Shown here piece by piece: positions 35,436 to 50,200 of a DNA stretch of 64,000 nt. Numbering within the stretch: position 1 is the first letter of the stretch; every line of letters starts with the position of its first letter. The notes below the pieces were generated by a model, which was not told the origin of the DNA, did no database searches, and saw only the letters and a list, made by a program, of their open reading frames with translations. The stretch comes from Heptranchias perlo. Its lineage: Eukaryota. Location of the stretch: the NCBI RefSeq assembly GCF_035084215.1, contig NC_090351.1:11408001-11472000 (forward strand). The letters are read 5' to 3'. The position numbers were made by a program, and so were the translations under genes.

Positions 35436-38400
35436 GAAAATGGCCGTTTGTTGTGTTGGCTCTGTGGTACAGCCTCTCCCTGTAATTGGTACTGATAAAC
35501 AAATCCCTGCAAGAAATTCCCTGGAGAGTTTTATGAATGAAATAAGCTACTTAGCTCATTGTTCCATTAAATTTGAACTCACCCTTTGCCTCTGTCCCCC
35601 TTGATATCAGAAGTGGTGAGTTGTTGCCATCTTAGAACCAAGGTGAAATTCGGTTCAGTCTGTCCCTGCTTTTCAACATTTACCTTATTGCACTCACAGA
35701 CATGGTGTGAAAGGAAAAGGCTGGAAAAGCCCTTCAGTCCTCTGGGGTTGAGCATTTAGTGCAAGCCTCATGTACTTAATGATTTTAATGTTTTTTATTA
35801 AAGTAAATTAGAATGCTATATGTATGATGTCATGACTTATTATTGAAGATAGGATTTCAACTGTGTACTGTAAAAGGTGATGTAGATTAGGGGAACTATA
35901 GCTACACCTTGGAAATGTTGAATTAGTGCAGAGGGACTGAATATAGAAACCCAACCAGCTGTTGGAGTAATTCGCCAGGATAAAGGAACTGCACAAATGG
36001 ACAAAATGATAGTGCAAATTTGCACTAACTCAGTACCACCCTATCCCTTCGTCTAGTGTGGAATAATCTGCATTGAGATTACAAGGATGAGAGCTATCCA
36101 TCATTGTGTGCACTGGAGCCTTGAGGACATAGCTTTACTGATACAAGTTTATTTTGTTCTTTTTTATAAGAACTTTTTTAATAAGAATCAAAACATTGAT
36201 GGGCCAGCTAAGTTTACCTCAATGATGGTAGCATTGCAAGTTTGTGAGGCTTATTATGCCACCAGATTACTTTGTATAAGAACCTGGAATCCACAGTTTG
36301 TACTGTATGAAGACTGCAAACACAAGTTATCATTTGATGGTACAGCTGTTTTCAAGTAAATTCTGTGACATTCCAATGCAAGTAATGTCTATTGAGCAAA
36401 TACCTGGTTTGTAGCCACTTAGCATTTCCAGAGGAGTTCGCAGTGAAACGTAAATGTTGTGATGGGTATTATCAGTCTGTTTATTGAGGCAAATGATAAA
36501 TCCTGCCCTTGGCATATGTACTGTGAGTTTTCTTCCTCAGTTCCATGATTGTATAGACATGCACAGGAGGTTATATAATGTGAACTGGACATTTGTCCTT
36601 AGTAGAGAACCCATCACACTGTATTGGTTCAAACTATATTGCTTGAAATTGTGTCCTTTTACATTGAACTCTGTATCTTTAAATTTTATGAAATAAAGTA
36701 GGTTTCCTTTATATTTCAAAATATAATCATTTGTGGGTTCGGCAAGCTCTATGATGGAGGGGCTAATATTTTAATAGAATGTCTATGATTTGCCTGCATC
36801 TCCTGTTCAAACCGTACAAATGTCAAGAACATCAAGCTCGCCCCCAGTGAGTCCATGTAGGACTATGGAGACATGAGCTTCCGCCTACTGATCCCTTACT
36901 TCAAGGAACACTAAGTCCTGTTACTGTATCTTTAATACTTCATTCCCCCTTCTCAACCAATATCAATTTAATGTTCAGTTACGGTTGCCAAATGATCCAA
37001 ATTAACTACCTTCTGTGATATCTCATGCATGTCCCAATTTAGGTAGGAACAGTCACCCTTTGTTTATGGTACCCTGTGGCCAATACACCACTTTGATGGG
37101 GTCATGATACAGTTAGAGAAACCACAAACTCGTAAACACACCCTCCTAGGTGAAGCAAGCATACTTAGAAATAAGCAGGGGTGTGGGGTATGCTTGATCA
37201 AAGGCAATGAGTTAATTCGAAATGTTAAATTTTATTAAACATTTTTATAATACAGGAGTGTTCAGATTTTTTGGTCTTAATGGGCAGTATAAGTGCATAA
37301 TAGAGAGACTTGGGCCTACATACAAAGTTTAAATCCATGTTACCATTAATTGGCATCAAGTTGCTGATAGGAACAAAAACATTTATTCCATTGGCCTGAC
37401 CCAGCATTCAGAAACAGAATACACAGTTCACTGCCTATCTCCCTCAATTGATTTCATGCCAAATACCTGTCCAACTCCCTCTTACAGATACTCATGCAAC
37501 AACTTTGGTTGCTTCCCAGGGCAGTTCATTCCAAACATTCAGTACCCTCTGTAAAGTAGTTATATCTAGAGATGTCCATTCACCTTTCCTTTTCTGAGCT
37601 TCAGATCATACCCTTCATTATTATTGTTGGGGTCATGATAACAAGTTTCTCAGGGTTCACCTTATTGATGCCCTTAAGGATCTTGACTACCTGAATAAAA
37701 TCCCATCTCAGTCTTCTGTAATGTAACAAACTCAGCTTGTGCAGTCTCTCCTTGTAGTTTAGCTGCCAGATGCCTTGAATTATCTCCTTTGTTGCCCAAT
37801 GTTTCCTATTATGTTTCTTACCCAGCATCATAAGTTAACTTTAATTCTTTCATTGTGCATTTGAAATTATCCCACTTCTCCTAACAATCTATTTCAGTCC
37901 ATCTCCATTAACTGCTTCTTCATTCCCCTAAAATCTGTTTCCTAAAATTAAGAGTCTTAACTGTACTTGTCTTATCAATAGAGAGAAACATGCCAAACTC
38001 ATTGAACAAACTTAACTTTAATCATCTCTGGTTTGGTACACAACACCAGATTGAGTCACCTCTTGTGCTTCTTCACTCTCTGGGTTTAAAAAGCAGTCTA
38101 TTAAAATGTACAGAAAGTAAATTTCTTTGCTCCTGCTCCCAGTTCCCAGTAGATTAAAATGCCCCATGACAATCACGTTTGCACTCAAACATACCTCACT
38201 AACCTGTTTCCACAACTCAGCAGCTGTGGCCTCTGATTTGATGACCTGTAACATATCTCAACAACTAGGTACTAACAATTCTCAGTCTGATTTAGAAGTT
38301 ATCCAACAATGAGGCAACAGAACCAAGAACAGCCCATTTCAAACCTTCAGGTCCATACCAGTGAATAACAAATATAAGTGCAAATCAGAGTGATTTGCCA

Positions 38401-39169
38401 TATTTTTGAATATCCTTGATCTATATATACTAGTTAATTTGAGATGACAAAGATCTCAGTGTGGATGTTGCAGTGAGACCAAGAATTGGAACAGCCTGAG
38501 GGAAATTAAATATTCCCATATATAAGATACCTCCATTAAGCAAAGTAAATCACTATTGATTTAAATATATTGAAGCACTGCTCAGCTCCACGTTGGATGG
38601 CACCATGGAATCCTTCAGAAGGCAGAACATAGTGAGAGCAATTTACACAGCCCCTCTAAACAAAAGTCCCCGTCGGCCATAGCAACAACATACTGAGGGA
38701 GTGACCACTTTTACTAATGAGGAATACTTAAACAATGCATGTCATAACAAATGCATTGGTCTATTAGAGAGTTTGTTATAGCTGTTGTACATATTGTTTA
38801 TTAATGTAAATTGCTCTTTATTAGTATGAATTCCATTCTGATTTTTAAATAAGACAATGTATGAGTAGAAATGGTGATAAGTGCATGTCTTGCTATTGAA
38901 ATGAAAGCATCAGCAAAACAACAATTATTTTTAGACTGAACAAATTATTGTGAAAGAGGATTTGAAATTTATGAGCCTGTGTAGGTTTCAGAACAAACAT
39001 GAAAATCTTAGCAGGAATCTTATAGCTAGGGCCTTTTTCTCAATTTCAGACAAATCGCACCCTAATAACTACAGTCTATTATTCCTCGAGAACAGGCATT
39101 TTAAAGGTGCCTTTACCGGGTGCTTTGGGGGACAAATAACTTCATCAGATGATGGAAGAACTGAGCAAC

Positions 39170-41840
39170 ACAGAAATACGCAGTCGGTATTTTATTGTAA
39201 AACAAAAAGTGTCGGTGGTGACTGACGTATTTTGGATATTAAATACAGTCCCATATTGGCAGCTATGATATCTGCTACAAAACACAGGCGTTCTATATGT
39301 AAAACATAGTATTTTATTACCATATTCTAAACCTATATAAATGCAAACTTTACAGACTTAAGTTAATTCTATATTTGAAATAACAGTGCATTATTAGGCA
39401 GCTCTGAACGACCTTTCCAAAGGTACAGGTCGCAGTGACTATTTTCTAAGAACTGAAGTTGGAGTCAAACGGAAAATGTAGTTCAATAAACTTAAAATGC
39501 ATGGTGAGAGAAGTTAAAGCAAATCCTTTCAGTTCAGTCCAAGTGAAAAAAAAAATAGGTTCAGCAACATCCCAGATATCTCACTGCATCATGTAGAGCT
39601 ATTGAAGTGATTGGCATACAGCATCCAGTATACTCTATAATAAAGAAAAGTATACAATTACTGTTCATAAATCACAGTGAGTGCAGAGCATTGACGAGGT
39701 GTTACTTTTCCTGGTTGATTTTTGGCTTAATGGAAACAAATGTGTTTTCCTTAGAGTAACATTTCAATAGACTAATGGCAATATATTTCAGCCTTATATT
39801 GGGTAATATGATAGTCAATGCGGTATTGCTTTGTACACCTATTTTAAAAGGCATATGAATACACTCAATTTGGACTGTCCAGTCACCCACATAATCAACT
39901 CAGACACGGTCCCAACAAATTTTATTTGCAGGGATTGTTTTCACTGCAGTACTACACAGGATATTATAAAAGGTAAAAAGAGAGAGAACTTGCATTTATA
40001 AAGTACATTTCATGACCTCAGGATGTCCCAAAGAACTTCACAGCTAATTAAGTAATTTTGAAGTGTAGTCACTTGTAATGTATGAAACGCAGCAGTCAAT
40101 TTGTGCACAGCAAGCTCCCACAAACTTCCCTGCTCTTCTTTGAATAGTACGGTGGGTTGTTTTACATTCACCTGAGACAGCAGTCAACGACTCACCCAAA
40201 AGATGGCACTCTGACAGTGCAGCACTTCCTCGATACTGCACTAAAAGATCAGGCTAGATTATGTGCTGAAGTCTCAAGTGGGGCTTGCACATTTAACCTT
40301 CTGACTCAGAGGCAAGGGTGCTACTGCTGAGCCAAGGATTATTGGGAGTGGATTGAAGGGGTGAATGGGTCCTGTATTGGTTTGCAGCTCCTGTTTATTT
40401 CAGGCTGCACCTACCATACGCACACTAGCTTCAAGTTGATGCAAAACTGCATAAGCTTTTGCAAAACGTTCCAGACCAGATATCCACACGTACATTAAAA
40501 GATCACCATCAGTGCTGATTGCAGTCAATTCATCACTACCACATAATTAGAAAAGTTTCCATCCTCATTGTACTCCTGACTAGATTACCCTGGTTCTTTG
40601 GTGTACCCTCTCCTATACTGGTTGACCTATAAATACCAGGACAGCTGAAATTGTGTAAGGAAATATGAGACTCTCACATGTCATAAAACAATGCAACAAA
40701 GAGTAAGGCAGTACGGGATCTGGCAATGAAGTCTAAAGCTGTAACCCAGGTCTAATGCTTTAGCCTGGGTATTTCCCAGTAGTATCAAAATCTTTTAGGT
40801 GAATATTTTTATTAAGTGCCTAAAATTTGATTATCAATTTCCTAGAATGATACAGCACAGAAGGAGGCCATTCGGCCCATCGTGCCTGTGCCGGCACCAA
40901 TTAAATTAATTTTGGGTATCCGAATAACATTAGAATTAAGTTCCCTGTAATATTTTGCTAGGATTGTGCCATTTACCATGTTTACAAGTAGAACATTGGA
41001 ACATTAGGAATATGGAAATAAAAAAGCTGGTGTATCAGGAGAGTATTTGAATTATGGCTAGTCTCAAAGGACAAGCCTAAGTACCGTTTCCTGGCTTACT
41101 GCATAGTTTTTCACTTACAGAACTTTCATTCAAATATGTGCATTTATCTAGATTTTAATATGTCTGTCACTTTTGGCAACACCTTTAGGAATCATCTCCT
41201 CTGTTTGCAGCATCATTACCAGAAGCAAAAATATTTCATCTGGTTAGCATAAATTGTAAATGCATTCAAAAAACAGCCCGAGGAAATTATCCGCAGTTAC
41301 ACACAATGACTACTGATATACTGCACTTGTACTAATTAACATGAAATATTTCATTTTTAATTTATGTTTCTTTTTGTGCTTTTTACAGTAAAAACGGCTA
41401 ACCATGAAGAATTGTGACATTTACTTCAGGGGATTAACCAAGCCAGCATAAAGAAGCTAACACCATTGGAGGGAATCCAATTTCCTTGCTGTTTATCCAA
41501 TCTGGAGGCCTTGAAATGGTCACTAATCCCAGATTATAGTTTATTGCTGGCTCTCTTTGCCTGCCATTGGCTCCATGGGTTACAGCAGCACTGTGTATGT
41601 TTTAGTTCCTAATTTCTACATCTCGTAAGAACCTGCTTGGTAACTGTTGCACCCTGCAACATTGCTGCGATTTACTAGAACGAATCTTCATCAGAACAGG
41701 CTGACAGGTGAGCCTCTTTCTCAAAAATCTCTCACAAAGGTGGCTCATGAAATATATGAGTTTATAAGAACAGTTGCAAAGTGACAGTCCCAACCTTGGT
41801 CTGGTGGTAGCCTTCTCACAGAATTGAATTCACGGATCTT
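39170..41840 (-). other. APOBEC2: Candidate APOBEC2 non-coding last exon (3' UTR)
   Basis: Strong - strand acceptor gtttttgtttcattttaaatttag at 41841-41864, and AATAAA on the - strand at 39313-39318 and 39191-39196. Inferred from the donor just after the stop codon. Confidence 0.4.
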
Positions 41841-42204
41841 CTAAATTTAAAATGAAACAAAAACAGCTGCTGTTGCTAGAGACACTCTGATGTAATGAAA
41901 GCTATACTTGACAGGAACAGCTGATGCTGCTTGGATCAGGCGGGATCTTCAACCCTATCCAATTATTATCAGCTGCCGGCCAAACCATTACTTACAAGAA
42001 TCTCACTTACCAGGTCTACAAATTGTCTTGGTTCTGATGAAGGACGATACCTGATATGTTAACATTTTTTCCTTTTTTTCTTTACAGATACTGATGGGTC
42101 TACTGTGTATTTCCAGCATTTTTTGTATTTGGTTCCACAAATATTAACAGCTTTTCAAGAGTTGCTTCAAATTTGAAGAATGTTCTGAATCTTAAGTCTG
42201 AAGT

Positions 42205-43525
42205 GTCAGCCATGGCTCAGTTGGTCGCACATTCGCCTCTGAGTCAGAAGGTTGTGCGTTCGAGCCTCAGGGACTTGAGCACCATAATCCAGGCCGACCC
42301 TCCAGTGCAGTACTGAGGGGGTGCTGCACTGTTGGAGGTGCCGTCCTTCAGATGAGATGCTAGACCAAGGCCCCATCTGCCCTCTCGGGTGAATGTAGAA
42401 GATCCCATGGCACTATTCCAAGAAGAGCAGTAAAGTTATCCCCAGTGTCCTGGCCAATATTTATCCTTCAGTCAACATCACTAAAACAGATTATCTGGTC
42501 ATTATCACATTGCGGTTTGTGGGACCTTACCGTGCGCAAATTGACTGCCATGTTCCCTACATTACATAGAGTTACATTGAAACCACAGCACAGAAACAGG
42601 CCATTCGGCCCAACTGGTCTATGCTGGCATATATACTCCACACGAGCCTCGTCCCTCCCTGCTTCATCCAACTCTATCAGGATACCCTTCTATCCCTTGC
42701 TCCCACATGTGTTTATCTAGCTTTCCCTTAAAAGCATCTATTCTATTTGCCTCAATTATTCCTTGTGGTAGCGTGTTCTACATTCTTACCACTCTTTGGG
42801 TAAAAAAGTTTCTCCTGAATTCCCTATTGGATTTATTAGCAACTATTTTATATTTATGACCTCTAGTTTTGGATTCCCCCGCAAGTGGAAACATTTTCTC
42901 TACGTCTACCCTATCATTATCTTAAAAACCTTCAGGTCACCCCTCAGCCTTCTCTTTTCTAGAGAAAAGAGTCCCAACCTATTCAGCCTTTCCTGATAAG
43001 GATATCCTCTCAGTTCTGGTATCATCCTTGTGAATCTTTTTTACACCCTCTCCAATGCCTCCATATCCTTTCTATAATATGGAGAACAGAACTGTGCACA
43101 ATACTCCAAGTGTAGTCTAACCAAGGTTCTATACAAGTTTAACATAACTTCTTTGCTTTTCAATTCTATCCCTATAGAAATGAACCCCAGTGCTTGATTT
43201 GCCTTTTTTATGGTCTTATTAACCTGCGTTGCTACTTTTAGTGATTTGTGTATCTGTACCCCTAAATCCCTTTGCTCCTCTATCCCATTTAGACTTTTCA
43301 TCCAAGCAGAATGTGGCCTCTTTATTCTTCCTACCAAATGCTTCCACCTCACACTTATCTATATTGGCTGCTACCACATTGCTAATTGTGGGACCTTACT
43401 GTGTGCAAATTGGCTGCCATGTTTCCTACATTACAACAGAGACTACACTGCAAAAGTACTTAATTGGCTGTGAAGCACTTTGGGACATCCTGAGGTCATG
43501 AAAATGCGATATAAATTCGTTCCTT
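42205..43525 (+). mobile_element. Deu-domain SINE interrupted by an antisense CR1 fragment (~42570-43360)
   Basis: tRNA-like head tggctcagttgg...gttcgagcc and Deu core. The SINE 3' part resumes at ~43375. Confidence 0.8.
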
Positions 43526-44364
43526 TTGTAAAATGATGCTTCATCCACCTAGTGGTTCATCATTATCACATGAAAATGTCACAAAAGATGAACTTCTGTT
43601 TTCTATCAACTCTCAACTCCTGCATTATAGTTGGCTGCTTTTGCCAACTCCAAGACCATTAAAGTTGATCTCAGGCAGGCAGCGGTAGGCCTCAGGGATC
43701 TTGGCTAGCAAGGGAAAAATTGGCCAGGGTTTCCATTCCTGATCATTATCCAGCAATCCCTGCTGGAAGTCCAGGTTGGTGAACAATGGGAGAGGGCAGG
43801 ATCAGACTCAACTGTGATAGGAAACACTTTTACACACAAAGGGTGGTAGAAGTTTGGAATTCTCTTCCATAACGGCAGTTGATGCTAGCTCAATTGTTAA
43901 TTTTAAATCAGAGATTGATAGATTTTTGTTAACCAAAGGTATTAAGGGATATGGGGCTAAGGCGGGTATATGGAGTTAGGTCACAGATCAGCCATGATCT
44001 CATTGAATGGCGGAACAGGCTCGAGGGGCTAAATGTTCCTACTCCTGTTCCTAAGTTCCTATATCCTGTCTTCCCATGTCCCAAACAGTTGATCAATCAG
44101 AAGACACCATTTCACAAGGTTAGAAAACATTCTCAGTGTAAAGAGAGACATCTGAAATGTAAACTCGCCATCCCACTGTGTTCTGCTTCCATGGCAACTC
44201 TCAGTAGTTAAGAACCCAATGCTACACTGTAGCACCAAACATTTTTTTAAATTTCAAGTACTTTCACAGTGACCTAATTATTTTAGAGCAAAATGTTGTT
44301 TTCCTTTTTTGTAAAATTTGGACACTTTGTAAAATTCTAGTAACTTTATACAGAGGATTGATTT

Positions 44365-44745
44365 GGGGGATTTCACTGATGTTTTCAAAATCATGAGGGG
44401 TTTTGAAAGAGTAAATAAGAAGAAACTGTTTCCTGTGGCAGAAGGATCGGTAACCAGAGGACACAGATTTAAGGTAAATTGCAAAAGAACCAGAGGCGAC
44501 ATGAGGAAAACATTTTTTAAGCAGCGAGTTGTTATGATCTGGAATGCACTGCCTGAAAGGGTGGTGGAAGCAGATTCAATAATAACTTTCAAAAGGGAAT
44601 TGGATAAATACTTGAAGGGGAAAAATTTACAGGGCTATGGAGAAAGAGCAGGGGAATGGGACTAAATGGATAGCTCTTTCAAGCACCTAACACAGGCACA
44701 ATTGGCCAAATGGCCTCCTTCTGTGCTGTATCATTCTATGATTCA
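44365..44745 (+). mobile_element. CR1 3' fragment
   Basis: ORF 44363..44665 is near-identical to 6243..6572. Confidence 0.9.
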
Positions 44746-46697
44746 ATGCGGACATTTACCTCTGCAGAGAGAGAGTGCATTCTCCAAACTCCCTCCCATA
44801 AAAGTACTCAACTTCTGCCTCACTGTTCTGCTGCACAAGGCGGAGTGTCAGGAAGCTGCTCTCAATATAGTTATGAACACCTCTGAGCGCTGTTATAATA
44901 TTAGAATATTCCTGCAAAAATATGCACAATGTCACTAGGAGTTTTCAGCAAGGTTGAAGAAAAAAATCACACTTAAGCCAATGCATTTTAATGTTCTGCA
45001 ATATGTTTCTCATGTGATACCTTTAACCCATCATCAGAAATTGCTCTCACTCCCACCAGTGATAAACCTGGAAGCACCAATATTTCATCCTGGCATTATG
45101 CACCTCAAAATGCTCTCAAGTTTGGAAGGACAAATCTATAATTGTACCACTATATGTTTTTTAACCACTTAAATGTATAACTATCTATTATATATTAAAA
45201 ATTTTCAGTCTCTGCACACTTCCTGTCCAAAAAATTTCACTTCCGGTTGTTACATTTTTATCACATCTTTGTGTTAGCTTTTTCCCATTCTAAATTTCTA
45301 ACTCCACATTTATAATGGAAACTTGTCAATGTAAATCCTCACGTCACAATTATACCCTCCCACCAGTGGCAGTGCTGTCGCACCTCAGTTTTGCATCTCC
45401 CAGCTCCTCAGTCTGTATTACAGTAAACTCCAATGCTTCCATATTGCCTCAAGTATCGTGATTGAACTATATATAATAGTATAAAATCAATGTATTTAAA
45501 AATAAGGATAACGTATCATTTTGAAATAGGAACTGAACTCAGTGCACCCTGTTCCAATTATCCCTCGCCCACTAATCTTATTTCACCTGAAAACTACACG
45601 GCCTTGACTCTATGTGCAATACCACAGGAATTTATCTGTATAAAATTCTTCAGACTTCCTGATTGTCGTGCTTATTTCTTGTTGTCATCATTTAATAATG
45701 TATTTGTTACATTGGTAATGCCTGCAAGTAAATCTATAGTGTAACGGTAAAGCTTGCTTCTATTACTCCTGATAGGTAACTCTGTGATGCCTGCTATTCG
45801 GTCCTCCAACCACTAATGGCACTGTGGTGAAAGTCACTCAGGTCTGCCATCCATTTTAGCCGATGAACAACAAACCGTTTGTTTTGACTAACCATGAACA
45901 AGGCCACAGCAGATTAATTAATAATGCAAAAAATTCACAAGCACATCATTACACTTTGCCAAACTTCTAGTGAAAACATTGTAGGATGTATTCCTTCGTA
46001 ACTGGTTGCGACACTAACAGCATTACTAACACTGGCAATTTGGTGAATAATTGATTTTGCTCTGTTGTGTTAATGTACACAATTCACAGGAATAGAAGGA
46101 AAAGAGAGAGATTTTTCTATCTTTATTCCTGTTGTTGTTTTCGTATCTTGGGGACTAGTGTGAACTAGTGGAAGGATTCGCAGGCTGATTAACAGTCTGA
46201 CAGGCTGCAACATGAACGCTTCTTCCATGGCCGTAGCCATCTTTATACCAGCTTATAATTATAGTCCCCTACGGCCAGGGGGATTTTATGGATTTCCACA
46301 ACTCATACGATGATGGGAGGGGCGGGGGTGCGATGGGCACCCACACTCACTGGACATGAGTCAGATTCAGAGCTCCGGTCTCCACTCACTGGGACTGTCT
46401 GAAGTGGGGTTCAAACCCTAAGCCTATCTGACTCTGAGGCGGGAATGCTACCACTAAGCCAGAGGCTCAGTCCCTCTATTGCTGTGAATTCCAAATGTTA
46501 ACACAATGATGCAAAAGCAATAAGTCGTTAACCAAACTGCCAGTGTTGGCAACACCAATCTTACGTTGCCTTACCTTTTCTAAATTAATAAAAACAATCA
46601 AGAATGCCCACAGCAAAGGATGCGCCGAAAATAAAAGAGAAACAGCAAGAGTGTGGCAACCCCCAAATTTGGGAAAATGTCTGAATGCCTCACCTTT

Positions 46698-47232
46698 TTA
46701 GGCATGTTGTACAATTTCATGTAGTTTCTCTTCATAAAACATGCTGCTGTCTTGAAGGTCCTCCCAAGGCGCAAAGGTCTCCCCTTCATTTTCAACGTAT
46801 GTGTTCCAGCAGTAATTATACTCCGAAGTCTTCATGACCCTCAATCGGCAGCCGGCCGCTTTCAGCTGCCGCAGGCCCTGCTGGATCTCAGGCTCTTCCC
46901 ACATGAACAAACGGGCCATGAAGATGGTAAGTTTGACGTTGGGGCACTTATTCAGATACTCAGCGATTTTTGAAGCACAGATCGCACAAGGACTGGAGGA
47001 TACGTACCAAATGATGGAATAACTGAGGTTGCCATCGCAGGTCTGGAAGACTGCTGTGAAGAAGGCCTCTTCTGCGTGTTTGCTTGAGTGCTCATCCTCC
47101 ACGTATCCCTCAGACCTCTTACACTCAGTGCCCTGTTCTTCCACTAAATAGCACAAAAATGTCTTATTCCTTCCTGACGAGTATTCTACATTTTTGAACT
47201 GGAATTTGAAGAAAATGGATGGCATGCGTTGT
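46698..47232 (-). CDS. APOBEC2: APOBEC2 coding exon 2
   Basis: cttacttttccag|A CAA CGC ATG...TAA AAAG|gtgagg. Confidence 0.97.
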
Positions 47233-50200
47233 CTGGAAAAGTAAGAAGCAGATGTTATTGGACATAACAGGAAAACAAAGTATTTCTGTCTTACCAATAC
47301 AGCGCTTGTAAAAAAAAAATACAATGGTCGGAAAAGCCTTGCCACTGTGCACAACGATTTACATCTAATATATACCAGATGACCTCGGTCATCTAATTCG
47401 AGATCTTAGCCGTGTGTCAGCGTGCTTCAGATCCCTGATCTCTGAGTTAGAAGGTTGTGGTTCCATGCTCCAGGACTTGAATGCGTAATCTAGGCTGGTA
47501 CTCCAGTGCAAAACTATGGGGTTGCTATATTGTCAGGTGTCGCTCTCCAGGTGAGAGGTTAAACAAAGGCTACAGCTGTCCGTTCTGGTGGTTTCATATG
47601 GATGTTAAGTAAGACTTGCATTTATGTAGTACCTTATCACATTTCTGAGAAACATTGCAATATACTTCAAACAAATTGCTTTTGAAGTGTAATCACTAAT
47701 CTTATGTAGTCGGCAAATGCAAGAGTCAATTTGCACACAAGGTCCCACAGACAGCAATAAGAGGAAAGCCAATTATTCTTCTTTTTGATCATGTTGGTTG
47801 AAAGATGAATCTTGGGCAGGATCTTTAATATTCACCTTGACAGGCAGACAGGGCCTTGGTTAAATGTCTCATCTAAAGGACGGCACCTCTGACAATACAG
47901 CACTCTCAGTATTGGAGACTGGTGTGTCTGCCTAGATTATGCGTTGAATGGGGCTTGAACTCACAATCTTCTGAACCCACAACCTTCTGACTCAGAGGCA
48001 AGAGTGGCACCAACTACGCTGCAGCTAAAGATCCCATGGCTGTAGTCAAAGAAGAGCATGGCCAACATTCATCCCTCAAAAACACCATCAAAATCAGATC
48101 AACTAGCCATTCATCTCATTGCTGATTATGGGATATTGCTGTGCATAAGATGGCTGTTGTCATAAATGTTTGCTTACATAACAGTCAGCACACTACAAAG
48201 CAATTCATTGTATGTGAAGCACTTTGAAATGTTTCTGAGGGAACTGATAAAAGTTCCATATAAATGAAGGTTTTTCTTTATGTGACATAAAAAGTTATGT
48301 GGTCAGCCTGTGTTGTATTGTGACAGTAATTAAATCAGTTTATTAAGAAAGTTCACTCTCTGATACATATGAGCAATAAAACATTAATTTATGGTTGAAG
48401 GCTCTTTTGAAATATCGCAATTCAGGTGACATTAACAAACCATTTGAGATGTGCACAGCAGTTCTGGTGTCATCTGAAGCTCACAGCTGAGTTTCTGCTT
48501 CTCTCAGATCGGCACTCTCCCCCACATCGTCCTGTCCTGTGAAGCCTGTGACACATCGTTCTGTACTTTCAGCAGCATCTCAATGAATAGAATTTCAGAC
48601 TTATTTTTAACTCTCCTTATCTCAGCTGTGCTGGCAGGAGGAGGCACCAGAGGAAGAGCACAGATATCCCCCACCACCATCTACCCAGCACAGGGAGGGA
48701 AGGCAAATTTGAGGGTGCTTCAGCCTAGACGGTTCTCGCACACACACAGGACCGATTCAGAGGGAGGAGACCTTGCGGCCCATTTGATCCCATCCTCTCA
48801 GAACACCAACCCCAAGCAACACTGGCAGAGACCTGGTCGTTAGTTGCCTTTTGCCTTCACGCTTTATCGAATGAAATAAAGGCCGACAGCACAAGACAGA
48901 CCAACAAAGATGGGAGAAAGAAGTAGAGACGGAATGGGTAGGGAACACTGTGTCAGTCTTTGTACTGCACAACACTGGGATTCACAATCAAACGTACAAC
49001 TGGGGCCGAGTAACAAGAGTTAAAGGCTTGAAGTAGCTCCATAACAAACTGCAGGGAAATCAAATCTGGGGTTATTGCAAGTCCGAACTTCAAATCTAAA
49101 TCCCCACTGACCTATATTTACTCTCTTTGCCTCATTTTTAAAAATCTGAGATTGGACAAAATTGGTTTGTTTCTATTATAGAAAAAGACAGCGTCCACTA
49201 ATGCATTAGAACAGTCATTGGTTATTGCACAGAATTCCAGGTTTAGCTCACTGACAAGAAAGACCCTCATAACTTATAAATGAGCTCATTAATCTTCAGT
49301 TCCTCGTTGTTCTGAATTCATCAGATAAACAGGGTTTCCACAGTAAATCAACAAACATCCTACCTTATTATAAACATTGAAATAATCTTTTTTAAAAAGT
49401 TATGATTTCATGAGCTGTCTAATGGTGGAACCCTGCCTATTAATATATCCAGTACACTCTGCAAATTCACTGTCACTTCAGCTCTGCATTCTCGTCTATT
49501 TACAGCACCTGTAGAGACTCAGGCCCCGATATTTACGGGGAGGTGGGGAGGGTGCGGGGGAGGCTGAAAGTGGACGAAGAACCCGGCTAGGCCGGGGAGG
49601 CGGAGTTCTTGCCGACCTTAACGGCACGACCTCATTATCATTTTCTCATCTCCGTTTCCTGTCTGGCATCCGGGAGGGAAAAGCAGTGGCAGGAGGCCAC
49701 AGCCGGGGACAGTTGAGGACAGTCGCCAGCAATCGGGAGTGGGGGAAGGTCGGCCATCACGGTGGGGGGATGATTGGACATCGGGACTGGAGCAGGGGTG
49801 GTCGGCGATCGGGAGTGGGGAGAGAGAGGCTGCAATCGGCAGGGGGGAGGCCGAAGGCTTACTTGAGACACCGGAGGAGCAGTCCTGCTCCCCTTGGCCC
49901 ACAAGGAGTGCTGGAAAAGGCACTAACATTGTGGAGCCGGCAGCTCCCACCTCCCTTTCATTGCCAGGTTTCCCAATCCCCCCAATCATGACCCTATCGC
50001 AGCCATGTGGGCGGGTTAATATCGCGGCCTCTGGCTCAGTCCCTATTGCAGCAAACTAAAGGAGACAATGATCCCGATAAATAACAGGAAAAATGGCTAA
50101 ATAGACTTGAAACAGGCCTTCTTAGCATGAGGTTTATTTGAACTTCTGAACACACACACATTGATATATATTTCATGTAAACTGCATAACACATTGTACA

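Noticed and set aside
42205-42280. tRNA gene
   Set aside because: The A/B boxes belong to the head of a multi-copy SINE and run directly into the Deu core.
47233-47354. N-terminal 40 aa of ORF 46698..47354 as the APOBEC2 start
   Set aside because: Intronic read-through upstream of the acceptor at 47233; the real exon 1 is at 51653-51786.
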